A program made the position numbers and the translations under genes. From Octopus sinensis (taxonomy: Eukaryota), in NCBI RefSeq assembly GCF_006345805.1, contig NC_043003.1, positions 20,274,001 to 20,338,000 on the forward strand: DNA of 64,000 nucleotides, written 5' to 3'. The notes under the pieces were generated by a model. That model did no database searches and had not been told where the DNA came from. It worked only from the letters and a program-made list of their open reading frames with translations. Positions 1-11,745 of the stretch are shown here, piece by piece. The stretch's first letter is position 1. Every line of letters begins with the position of its first letter.

Positions 1-1195
1 CATTAATTTTATCTTCCTATCAGAACAGTTGTAACGAATCGTTTGGCAGCTCAGTCGGAAATAATCGAACAGTGTAGGTGATAACAAGTGTTTCTATAGA
101 ATGAGACCTTCTTCGACTGACGGCTGCCCGTGTCGTAATAACACGTAGTAAAGGTATGAACGTCATTAAATCTATTTTCTCGTCATTTTTGTACCCGTGC
201 CGTAGCTAGAGTGTGTGATGCTCGTATCACACCTTCAGCTTGCACTTCCCTCTCCGCTGCTTCCTACACGGGCTTATACGGCAGAGCCAGAAGTGCCGCC
301 CAGACAAAAGTGTCACTTCCCCTCTAGCCACGCGACTGTGTTGAAGTCAATAGCGTCCGAGAGCTAAGGGGGTCGTAATGCGATCGTTTGATTTGCTTGA
401 TATACCGTTCAAATCACCCTCAAAGGATATTCTGTCAGAAGATGATTCTTGATGCATTTTATTTAGGGGAGAAAAAAAAGAGAATAGTGTATTGATAGAA
501 AGCCTTTAACCTTTAGTCTGCTCAAACAGGGCTGACTTGGGTTAAAGGGCAACAAATATGAACGAGAACAAGATTAATTCCACAACACGAAATATCTTAT
601 TAGCTACTCTTTCTTTAATGAAACACGACGTGTCATGCAGTCGACGCCTATCTTAAAATTATGTCATGATAGGTAGATGAAATTTAAACATCCTTATGGA
701 TATTTAAATAAATATTCACATACGCTGGTCTTTTGAGGTTTGTTTTTTAATCGCAACATAAACATGGCATCTAAAAAGAGGAAATACGCGGATTTGATGA
801 ATACTAAAATTAAGTGGATCAGATACCAAATTTACTTTGCATTTTCATCGTAGCAAATTCCAACTAAATCCTAGGCTGACGTTAAGTGTTGTTCAGCGGC
901 ATATTAGAAAAGGCCGTCGGTTTCTTCCCCAACCAATGACTGCGCCTTCTGCACTGTAACATGGCCCTTCATTACGCGTTACTCCAGTGCTTTCAGGTGC
1001 AAATTGTTTCAAATTTTTGGCACAAGGCCAGCAAATTTTGAGTCGTTTATATTGACCGCAGTATTTGACTGGTATTTTATTTCATCGACTCTGAAATGAT
1101 GACAGGAAAAGTTAATCTCAACATGATTTGGACTCAGAAAGTAAAAAGTCGGGAGAAATATCACTAAGTATTTTGTTCGACGTTCAAACGATTCT

Positions 1196-1583
1196 TATTT
1201 CTTTATTGCCCACAAAGGGCTAAACGTAGAGGGACAAACGAGGACAGACAAAGATATTCAATCGATTACTTCGACCCCAGTGCGTAACTGGTACTTAAAT
1301 TATCGACCCCGAAAGGATGAAAGGCAAAGTCGACCTCAGCGGAATTTGAACTCAGAACGTAGCGGCAGACGAAATACCTATTTCTTTACAACCCACAAGG
1401 GGCTAAACACAGAGAGGATAAACAAGGACAGACAAACGGATTAAGTCGATTACATCGACCCCAGTGCGTGACTGGTACTTATTTAATCGACCCTGAAAGG
1501 ATGAAAGGCAAAGTCGACCTCGGCAGAGTTTGAACTCAGAACGTAACGCCTGGCGTGCTAACGATTCTGCCAGCTCACCACCT
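1196..1583 (-). mobile_element. SINE family A dimer, adjoining or inside an older A copy (985-1195)
   Basis: Two ~183-bp units starting TATTTCTTTA on the + strand; box A/B-like motifs (TGGCAGAATCG, GTTCAAA); AACGATTCT at 1187-1195 and 1560-1568. Confidence 0.9.
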
Positions 1584-2080
1584 TTTCACGCATAAATGAA
1601 TACCAATTGGCTGCCTTTGCAGCACTCTTTTTTTACCGTCGTCATACTTATTATGGACGTGCCCCTACGTTCAACTGGGAGAGTGTCTATGTTTGTGTCT
1701 CTTATTATGAAGCCACGTAAAACAATTAGCAAAGACTTGGTACGTGTTAGCAATGACTTAGATAGTATGAAGAACGAGGACGCAATCCACCTCGGGCGTC
1801 ACTTTTATGTGGCGGCACTTTTGAGTCTGCTTCATAAATGTGTATAGGTTGTAATGATCCAGACGTGAGGGCTGCAGCAAACACAAAGGCTCTCCCGGGT
1901 AGAAGAAACTCTAGCTACGTCACAACATGTTAGCAAGTCAAATTTACTTGTGAGTCATGACTGGCTGTACAAAGACGGTTAAGGCGAGCTAACGAGGGAT
2001 GGAGTTTCTTTGCAGCCAGTAGACCTGCTAGAAACAACAGCCAAAATGTCTCTCTTATCACTGCAATGTTTTCAAATATT

Positions 2081-2478
2081 ACTCTTTTACTTGTTTCAGT
2101 CATTTGACTTTGACCATGCTGGAGTACCACCTTTAGTAAAGCAAATCAACCCCAGGACTTATTCTTTGTAAGACTAGTACTTATTCTATCGGTCTCTTTT
2201 GCCGAACCGCTAAGTTACGGGGACGTAAACACACCAGCATCGGTTGTCAAGCGATGTTGGGCAGACAAACACAGATACACAAACATATAAACACACACAC
2301 ATATATATACATATATATACAACGGGCTTCTTTCAGTTTCCGTCTACCAAATCTACTCATAAAGCTTTGGTCGGCCCGAGGCTATAGTAGAAGACACTTG
2401 CCCAAGGTGCCACGTAGTGGGACTGAACCCGGAACCATGTGGTTCGTAAACACGCAACTTACCACACAGTCACTCCTA
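2081..2478 (-). mobile_element. SINE family B (tRNA-like head, central microsatellite, AAAAGAGT-type tail), full length
   Basis: Reverse complement of the 22765-23185 copy. Confidence 0.9.
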
Positions 2479-3158
2479 CTTGTAGTCACAAATACAATAC
2501 ATCTGATAAAAAAAGAAGAAAAAATGCAAGAAGTAAATAACAATTCGCGTTAGCTATGAATAAAATGTCTTTGATCGTAGATGTACTTGATCAAAGTCAA
2601 ACAGACGCTATAAATAAGATTACCAGTCAGCAGTGTATCATCTACGTAATCATTCAATGTGCTATTTGTAAAGACAAAATCTGCAGTGGGCGCTTGAACA
2701 AACTTCTTAATGTTTCTCCATTTAAAATTAGGGCCCATATTTTGTTTGGATTCCTTCCTCGTGATTTACAGAGAATAACGTCCGTATATCTTTGCTCGGT
2801 ATGATTTTGAACTCAGATCGTAACGGTACGTACCCATATATATATTGCAAAGCATCCGCCAGTTCAAGTAGCCACGATCCCATTGTCGTTTTCACACACA
2901 CACACACACACACACATGCGCGCGCGCAAACAGTTGATTGAGATTCGGATAAAAATCATTTTTGATATAATATAATGCACAACGTCTCACCTATGTGCTA
3001 CAGGTGTAAAAGTGTTCCGAAACTACAGTAGAGACTTGTAATTAAAGAATACCATTAATTCCATTTTCTTTCATTTATCTATATACATATACATACATAT
3101 ATACATACACACAAAGACACACACATACACAAACACACACACACTTATACAGACTGAG

Positions 3159-3225
<67 letters not shown>

Positions 3226-3457
3226 AGGAAGAAGAACAGAGAGGCAGCGAGATGTAGAAGGGTTGAGTAGCGGAAAAAATGGTATGCAGTATTCCTTTCG
3301 ACCGTTTACCGTCTGAGTTCAAATCCTTACGTTGTAAACTTTGCTTTCCATATATAAAACGTAAAATTAGGAGATTAAATATATATATATATATATATAA
3401 TTAGTGAATGGAAGAAATGGAGCTGAACGAAGATTCTACAGAATTCCTTTTATTACA

Positions 3458-3537
3458 TTCTACACATGTTTCAAAGGCCACAAATTTCCAAATTCTGATT
3501 GAATAAGGATACCATATTGCTGCTTTCTCTTCAGGAA
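3458..3537 (-). ncRNA. Type I hammerhead ribozyme candidate in inverted 5' pseudo-LTR
   Basis: Reverse-complement copy of 5721-5800; the single arm mismatch falls in the helix II loop. Confidence 0.7.
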
Positions 3538-3690
3538 AATTCAGGAATTACGATGTCCAAAACAAAACAAAGCCGCAGCAAGCAACTCGAACAAGAACGC
3601 TCCCTAGGAGCCCATGGGGTAAACTGTTTCTCAATGTACGATGAAATCGGGGGGTTGGTGGAGGCCGGCAAAAAAGTCCGTTGGAATAAA

Positions 3691-3749
3691 TCGGCACTAG
3701 CGGACAAATTAGTCAATCTTAGAGAGACTAATTTGTCCGCTAGTGCCGA
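3691..3749. repeat. Perfect 24-bp hairpin, 11-nt loop
   Basis: TCGGCACTAGCGGACAAATTAGTC (3691-3714) / GACTAATTTGTCCGCTAGTGCCGA (3726-3749). Confidence 0.97.
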
Positions 3750-5100
3750 CATTTTTAGGCAGAAAGCTGAATTTTATAACGCCGCACTGTCTAAAGCCGG
3801 TTATAGGCAGAAGGTAGTATATATAGATCCAGCCCTTCCGATGCCACCATTCGGTCATTAGGATAGGGCAGTCTACAATAACATAAATAATTTAAGTAGT
3901 GATGGGAGTGGGGGGAGGGTCGGAACAAGTACTTCTGGAGTTAATTTGGGGAACATAGATAATTTACGGTCCAGGGGAGACCATACTAAACCAAAACATT
4001 TTATTCAGCCTAGAAACACCCACCTTAATGTCAGAGCTGGCTCCCCGACCTATTACAAAAATAGGAATAAACATATTTGGTTTGTAATTCCCTTTGGTAA
4101 GCAAATTAGAACTAATCTACCCCTACTGTTTCGCCAAGCCATTGCCAGTAACTTTCCCAGAAATTCCAAATATTACGCCACAGTTAACTCACACAAAGTT
4201 AGGATAGCTTTCTCCAACACAAAAAACCTTTCCCAGATAATTGCCTCCCATAATAATAGGCTGCTTTTTAAGACTCTATCACCCTCGTCCGGAGGCGCAG
4301 CTCCGTCTAATTCCAGATTAATGCGCAGTAGGAATAATAATAGTAATAATGATAATAGAGCCAGCACAGAGACTGGTATTCTCCATACCATCCAGGGAGT
4401 AAATAATAGGATTAATGTTAGAAGAAATGGCGATGACACTAACGTTAGTAATGGTAATAGTGAGGTGAGCGCAGTTCGGGCCATTAATGGAGAGAGTCCT
4501 AATAGTAACTTTAGCAACGTTTCCGACATTAGTAGGTCCACGGGAATTAGCAATCACAGCGTTCTCAGTGATAGGGAATACACAGGGGATAGTCAGTTAA
4601 ATAGTATTGATAACGAGGAGTATAATGTAGTAGGCTGCCGCAGGTCTCACAGTCATTATAGTAATAAGAACGCAGTATTAATATCAGAAGCAAATCCCAA
4701 TAGAATAAGGTTTTTGTCTAGTAATTCCAAGATCAGAAATGCCATTTACCAATGCAAGGTTTACGCGGATTCAGATGTCTACTTGTATGTCGGAGCTTCA
4801 TCGTCAAAATTGGCCGTGAGAATATCGAACCACTTCACATTTCGCGACGTTAATAAACATCAAGCGACAGGACTTAGTAAACTTATCTGGCGTTTGAAGA
4901 ACGCGAATTCAGCATTTAGACTGGAATGGTCGATTTTATCGGTGTCTCTTCCGTTTGATAGAGGCACAAGGATATGTAATCTTTGTAACTCTGAACTTTT
5001 CCACATATTGTTCGCCAGAGGCCGTTTGGTAAACGGGCTTTTACAGACTGCTTTTCGATGTCCCCATTGGCGGCGTCATACGTTTCTTACATATAAATGA
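3715..5100 (+). pseudogene. PLE polyprotein C-terminal part (end of RT thumb, linker, GIY-YIG endonuclease); one in-frame TAG at 3859-3861; RT catalytic core absent
   Basis: Track ORFs 3499-3861 and 3946-5100 are in the same frame and separated only by that TAG. NLSASADIF..FYNAALSKAGY and RNKHIWFVIPF..NFPRN..KVRIAFS...IIASHNNRLL resemble the PLE thumb/linker. AIY(4741)..YVG(4786)..R..NH..T.LSKLIW.LK..W.IL..CNLC..E..N..CPH matches PLE GIY-YIG. Confidence 0.88.
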
Positions 5101-5720
5101 CACCTAAGACAATTAACACCATGATATCCTAAGAAAATAAAAAAATTTTTTGAAAAAATTTTTGGGAAAAAATCTCTGAATAAATTTTGCAAGGGGATAT
5201 TACTCCCCTTGGGCGATTGGGCGATTTTTTAGAAGCAAGGGCAGGAATTATACCCCCCTGTTTTTTGACGAGGTTAATTTAGACAAGCAGGCCACTGACG
5301 GACACACGAACACATAATTATTTCAGCCGCCTGACCGGCTTCTTTCAGCAGTGCTCACTATCTCGCGCCCCTCGCCACCATACGGCCATGCATACATAGG
5401 CTTGCATACACACACATGCATGTAGGTAGGTAGTTTCTCGCACCTAAATAAGACACCCTGAATTCTTAAAATATTCAGAGCATCAACTTTGGTTACACAA
5501 AATATCTTCACACCCCTTGTTTTCATTATTTCCTCACCTACCAGATTTGACCGCGGCCTGACCTTGATTTATTCCAACGGACTTTTTTGCCGGCCTCCAC
5601 CAACCCCCCGATTTCATCGTACATTGAGAAACAGTTTACCCCATGGGCTCCTAGGGAGCGTTCTTGTTCGAGTTGCTTGCTGCGGCTTTGTTTTGTTTTG
5701 GACATCGTAATTCCTGAATT

Positions 5721-5800
5721 TTCCTGAAGAGAAAGCAGCAATATGGTATCCTTATTCATTCAGAATTTGGAAATTTGTGGCCTTTGAAACATGTGTAGAA
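5721..5800 (+). ncRNA. Type I hammerhead ribozyme candidate in 3' pseudo-LTR
   Basis: UUC-CUGAAGA(5724-5730); helix II 5731-5741/5775-5785 (9 of 11 pairs incl. G-U); GAA-ACAUGUGU-A(5797)-GAA. Helix III is self-complementary with G-U pairs. Predicted cut after GUA at 5797. Confidence 0.7.
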
Positions 5801-6008
5801 TGTAATAAAAGGAATTCTGTAGAATCTTCGTTCAGCTCCATTTCTTCCATTCACTAATTATATTAAACTTCAATTATCCGCGCCAACGCACGGTTGCAAC
5901 ACCCTATGGTCATAACTCCAACCGTGTTTTTTCTGCTGTGATTTTTGCTACCCAGGTATGGGTTAAACTTTTGAATAATCCGTAACGAGATAATTCATCT
6001 TGCCATTT

Positions 6009-6051
<43 letters not shown>

Positions 6052-6868
6052 ATTTGCTTAGTAAACAACAGAAAAATACTCAATATCACAGAAGACTGTA
6101 AGAATTTATTTCTTCTGATCCACTTGAATACCGAAAATTTTTCGTTTTGAAGAAGGAAATCGATTAGGTCAATGATATTTTATCGACTCCAGAAGGACGA
6201 AATGCAATGGTCGACCTCTGCGTAATTCAAACTCAGTAAGTAAAAAGACGGCGCTGTGTAACTGACCATTTAATCCGACACTCCAACCTTTCCGTCAGTC
6301 CATCGCCTATATTTACAGATCTTATAATAATATCAGTTACAGATGGGATTATTGTATATTCCAATAATATTGGATTGAAATGTCCATAGCTTAAAGAAAT
6401 ATGTTTTGTAGGAATTAGGTCAATTGCGGATGCTTTCATTTCGACGAAGCAATATAGATCGCCAATTCCTGTGTTAAATATATTGGCTTTGTGTATTAGT
6501 ATCGTATCATATGAACGGGGTAATTGATAGCATGTGATAAGAAGCAAATTTTGACGATAAATTTGCTAAACAATTCCAGATATACATAAAAATATCCCAT
6601 AATTACCATCATATAGATATGTATGTGTGTGTATATATATATATGTATTATATAATAAAACGAATGGTTCATAACTGGTAGCTTACTGGTAAAGTATGGT
6701 CACTTTCACACTATTTTTATGTATATGGTATACGAGAGAAGGAAGATGGAAGATACGAGAATTTTTATTAATCACTATATAATACGCACACACACACATA
6801 CGCACAGAGAGAGAGAGAGGGGGGGGGAGACTGACAGAGAGAGACAATACTATATAATATATATGGTA

Positions 6869-6948
<80 letters not shown>

Positions 6949-7086
6949 GAGAGACAGAAAGAGAGAGAGAGAGAGTCATTTATATGCATGTTTGTATGTA
7001 TATGAGCGTATATGTATACATATAGTCAGCTAAATGCATAGATTTCTACAGAGCAATTATATACATTACAATTATATATGTGTGTA

Positions 7087-7670
7087 AAGACGGTGAGCTG
7101 GCAGAAACGTTAACAGGCCGGGTGAAATGCTTAGCGGTATATCGTTTGCCGTTATGTCCTGAGTTCAAATTCCGCCGAGGTCGACTTTGCCTTTCATCCT
7201 TTCGGGGTCGATAAATTAAGTACCAGTTACGCACTTGGGATCGATGTAATCGACTTAATCCGTTTGTCTGTCCTTGTTTGGCCCTTCTGTGTTTAGTCCC
7301 TTGTCGGTAGAAAAGAAATAGGTATATCGTTTGCCGTTACGTTCTAAGTTCAAATTCCGCCGAGGTCGACTTTGTCTTTCATCCTTTCGGGGTCGATTAA
7401 ATAAGTACCAGTTACGCACTGGGGTCGATATAATCGACTTAATCCGTTTGTCTGTCCTTGTTTGTCCTCTCTGTGTTTAGCCCCTTGTGGGTAGGAAAAA
7501 AATAGGTATTTCGTCAGTCCTATGTTCTGAGTTCAAATTCCGCCGGGGTTGACTTTGCCTTTCATCCTTTCGCACTCGATAAATTTAGGATCAGTTGCAT
7601 ACTGGGATGAGTCTAATCGACTGGCCCTCTCCCCAAAAATTTGGGCCTTGTACCTAGTGTAGAAAAGAAT
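7087..7670 (+). mobile_element. SINE family A trimer
   Basis: tRNA-like head, three ~184-bp units joined at AAATA|GGTAT (7321, 7505), terminal GGCCTTGTACCTAGTGTAGAAAAGAAT tail. Confidence 0.92.
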
Positions 7671-8401
7671 GTATATGTATGTATACAATGTATATATATA
7701 CACGCCTTTCAATAGAGAGTGTTAGTGTATGTAATAGATCAGGATTCAAAGAAGCTAGGCACTGGGTCCGGTCGAAAAATAAAATGTGTACACAACAAAA
7801 ATGGAGGAATGCATACGTGGGTACCAAAAAACAGATAGTGAGACATTCAGGTTATGTATACCATTAATTGTATCCGACTAATTATATCAATAGCCCTGAG
7901 GCTAATCAAAAGACTCACATTGCACTAAATGTACAGTCCATGATATACTTCGGATCTATGCAAGGAGCAAGTTCCGAGTGTGGTGAATAATGAATAAATA
8001 AAAGACAGCAGATGGATAATATATCTATCCCCTACAGCTGTTTCCAACGAAATTTTAATCGATTAATTGAGGTATTACATCATTAGAAAAAACTGTTTTG
8101 ATCAAGTGAATGCATGAATCACAACATATATATTCCATCAGCGGCAAAAGTCATAGAATCATGAAGGTGCACACGCTGTTGGCCTTTGAATTGTTTTGAC
8201 TGTTGGGAATCCTGTATTCACCTGATCAAACAGTTTTTTCTAATGATGTGATGTCACCATTAGTCAATAAAAAATTCGTTGGAAACGGCCGTAGTGGATT
8301 GACACGTTATCCAGCTGTTGTTATTTATTTATTTATTTATGTATGTATATATTTTCAGGAAGATGACATACCTATATATATATATATAATATATATATAT
8401 A

Positions 8402-8439
<38 letters not shown>

Positions 8440-8595
8440 TGTGTGTGTGTGTGTGTGGTGTGTGTGTGTGTGTGTGTTGTGTGTGTGTGTGTGTGTGTAC
8501 TCAGGTATGTCATATTTTCTGTTTGTTCTCTTTTATTTAATCCTGAAAATATCATTTATGTAGCGCACACGTTCATTAATTTTTGTTAACTACAC

Positions 8596-8632
<37 letters not shown>

Positions 8633-8703
8633 TATATGTATAGATACATGCATAGACGCACGCATACATACATACATACATACATACATACATACATACA
8701 TAC

Positions 8704-8741
<38 letters not shown>

Positions 8742-9039
8742 GCATTGCTTTTACAAACGATCACAAATACAATGTCATGCAAGATATTCATCCATTCGAA
8801 GACGAAGCTTCCCAAAGAAAATTTCAGAGTTTGCTACCCTGGACTTCAAATCGATGAGGTCTGATATTTCTTTTTTCGTTTTTGACACTACCGACCTTAC
8901 ATTATCTTTCTCGCTAAGGCAGCAGTTTTCTCATCGGTTTCCGCTACGACGTTTCGGATTATATCCCATTCTTCATTTATATATTCTGTATTGACGGACT
9001 TATTGACTAGCTATTTTTGAAATATTCTAGATACTTAAA

Positions 9040-9740
9040 TTTCTTTCTTGATGAGCATATCCTAGCATCCATTGTGAAGAAAACCTACTTTCAGGAACTC
9101 AAACGGAAATGCCAAATACAAGTCAGTGAGAATCAGAAGGACTGGTTGCAAGAATATGCGTGAATAAATTCAGACATATACTGATGCTCGAACATACGAA
9201 CCTACGAAGCTTCTACTCGTAAATCAGAGCCGTATGGGCCTACGCTTTTTTAAAAAGGAACACAGAATACAGCCGGTGGGCCACCATTTTCATTGCTGGA
9301 CAAGTTATCGAAGCGTTGTAAAGAATGTTTCAGTTTAATCTTGAACAGGAATACCACCACGTTTGAAGGTTTTCTTCAAAATGTGTCCCAACATTCTATC
9401 ATTAGATGGCAGATGTCAGATATCTCACCAGCATATTATGAATTTACTAAATATTTAAAAAGGTTTTTAACGTTTATCATTCAAATGTGAGAATGTCAAA
9501 GAGTACCCAATGTTCTAAAATATACCCGCATCATTACAATCTTCCAGAAAAAAATATCGCCATATCTGTTGCAACTATCATCGCATATCCCTACATTCCA
9601 TTGCAGGGAAGATCTTTACGAAAATTCTAGTTAAACGCCTATGAACCATATCCGAGTAGATCCTATCTAAGAGTGGATTTCGACCCTCGATACAACATTA
9701 TGCATAACGCGGATACAAAAGAAAGCGCAGCCTGCAACCA
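9040..9740 (+). pseudogene. RTE-clade LINE reverse transcriptase fragment
   Basis: NYHRISLHSIAGKIFTKILVKRL*TISE*ILSKSGFRP (9573-9686) matches the NYR.ISLLS..GK...RL..E..GFR motif. An upstream YGP motif is present. Multiple stops. Confidence 0.8.
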
Positions 9741-9787
9741 ATAACTCTTTTTCCAGTGTTCTACGATGTGGAAAAGATTTTAAGTAC

Positions 9788-9877
9788 TGTGCCGCGATCT
9801 GCGTGGTCAATGTGCCGCGATCTGCGTGGTCAATGTGCCGCGATCTGCGTAGTCAATGTGCCGCGATCTGCGCGGTC
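9788..9877 (+). repeat. 23-bp minisatellite, about 4 copies
   Basis: (TGTGCCGCGATCTGCGTGGTCAA)n at 9788, 9811, 9834, 9857. Confidence 0.95.
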
Positions 9878-10047
9878 TAAAACGCCGCCTTCACCAATTC
9901 ATATATATGTATTTATATGTATATATGGAAATAATTTTTCTTTTGCCCTTGTTTATAAGTTGTTTATAGTTTTAACCTTTAAAGGTATTTTAATATGCTG
10001 CCACTTTTGATGAAATTTTTATCTGACAAAAAATTTATCACATATTA

Positions 10048-10114
<67 letters not shown>

Positions 10115-10167
10115 GGGTATTGGATGTGTGTGTGTTCGCGTGTGTATATATATGTATATATGTTGAG

Positions 10168-10509
10168 GCCAAACTCAGCATTAAGATCGTTGAAAGGCCA
10201 GGGAACTCCATCAGATCACAGTTATGTAGCAGGTAGCTCTTCGAGAATATCACATGCAACAATGAGAACTGCATGTTATGTAAGATTAACCCTAGCATTA
10301 ACTGTAGAACTATAGAACTAGAAAATTCGAGACAATATGACGACAAAAATCAGTCCGCCATACTGTACCAACATAGAAGTACACTGGGTCGACTTGACAT
10401 CCACATTTTATCCAAGCACCCGAAGGACCCAACACTCAAAGAAATACAGGAGTACGTCTTCATAAATGAAAAATCTCCAGTACTAAATAGGAGACTATGC
10501 AGAAGGTAG
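10168..10509 (+). pseudogene. Penelope-type endonuclease relic
   Basis: One frame: KLSIKIVERPGNSIRSQL..*..TCNNENCMLC..NCRT..SAILYQH..IHILSKHPKDPTLKEIQEYVFINEKSPVLN. The GIY/YIG core itself appears deleted. Confidence 0.7.
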
Positions 10510-10584
10510 TGATACCTCAATACCTACAGATTATACATACACAGGTAGATTTGTTCGTAAGCTGTTACGTCGACGTATCTATAA

Positions 10585-10680
<96 letters not shown>

Positions 10681-10718
10681 CTCTCTCTCTCTATCTCTCT
10701 CTCTCTTTCTCTCTTTCC

Positions 10719-10776
<58 letters not shown>

Positions 10777-11169
10777 TCACATATATATACATGCATAAAC
10801 AAATAGATAAATAGATAAATAAACAAATAGATAAATACATAGATAAACTTACTGAAATGATTCATGATTGTCGCCATGTGATTCTCTTATATGACTTTTA
10901 AACCCGGCCAAGCTTTTACACATTTTATTACATACTAGACAACTGTATACACATGCACATTGACGCACACATATGCACACGAACAAATAAACAAACAAAA
11001 AGAATGCAGCTCCGACAACGGACAGAATCAACAACTATTGAAGAGGTCGAAAGAAGCAACGAAAATTAAAAAATATATATATGTATATATATAAGTAAAT
11101 GAGTGGAAGTCGAACCGGTAACTGTGTTAATTAATAAGGCATTAAAACAGAATGACTCTCCCCAGGCCC

Positions 11170-11172
11170 ACA

Positions 11173-11233
<61 letters not shown>

Positions 11234-11311
11234 GTATATATATATATATGTATATATTATATATATATATATATATAATATAATATATATATATATAATA
11301 TATATAATATA

Positions 11312-11387
<76 letters not shown>

Positions 11388-11460
11388 GTATATATATATA
11401 TGTATGTATGTGTATACATATATGTATGTATGTATATATATATGTATATATATATATATA

Positions 11461-11493
<33 letters not shown>

Positions 11494-11594
11494 ATATATA
11501 TTATATATATATATGCATGTATGTATATATTATATATGTATGTATGTATATATATATTTGTATATCTATATATGTATGTGTGTATATATATATG

Positions 11595-11639
<45 letters not shown>

Positions 11640-11671
11640 ATATATATTTGTATATCTATATATTGTATATC

Positions 11672-11736
<65 letters not shown>

Positions 11737-11745
11737 TAATATCAT
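11170..11745. repeat. Compound (TA)n/(TATG)n microsatellite
   Basis: Direct inspection. Confidence 0.98.

Larger units (their letters stand above)
3395..5863 (+). mobile_element. Penelope-like retroelement (PLE), 5'-truncated, with inverted pseudo-LTRs
   Basis: 3395-3692 is the reverse complement of 5566-5863 (298 bp, one mismatch seen, 3499/5759). The interior encodes PLE post-RT motifs and a GIY-YIG domain. The left end abuts (TA)n. Confidence 0.92.

Noticed and set aside
763-860. MASKKRKY.. as a transposase start
   Set aside because: The frame closes within ~30 codons and there is no TIR or downstream domain.
2550-2738. YVDD as a reverse transcriptase active site
   Set aside because: No flanking RT motifs are recognisable.
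3499-3692. Duplicated peptide MNKDTILLLSLQENSG.. (3499+ and 5759-) as a protein N-terminus
   Set aside because: It is the antisense of the pLTR/hammerhead region. PLE similarity only starts at ~3715, and the left copy begins with TTG.
3395-5863. TIR DNA transposon (MITE, Mutator, Foldback) interpretation
   Set aside because: No DDE transposase and no TSD seen; the interior is PLE linker plus GIY-YIG, and the repeats contain hammerheads.
8030-8052. Hammerhead half GAAACAGCTGTA (minus strand)
   Set aside because: No matching CUGANGA or helix I partner found nearby; kept only as a half-site.
8941-8976. Hammerhead-like AUGAAGA..GGAU/AUCC-GAAACGUCGUA (minus strand)
   Set aside because: C3 is missing and helix I does not pair; at best a relic.
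9788-9877. CRISPR-like array
   Set aside because: Head-to-tail units with no spacers, in a eukaryotic context.
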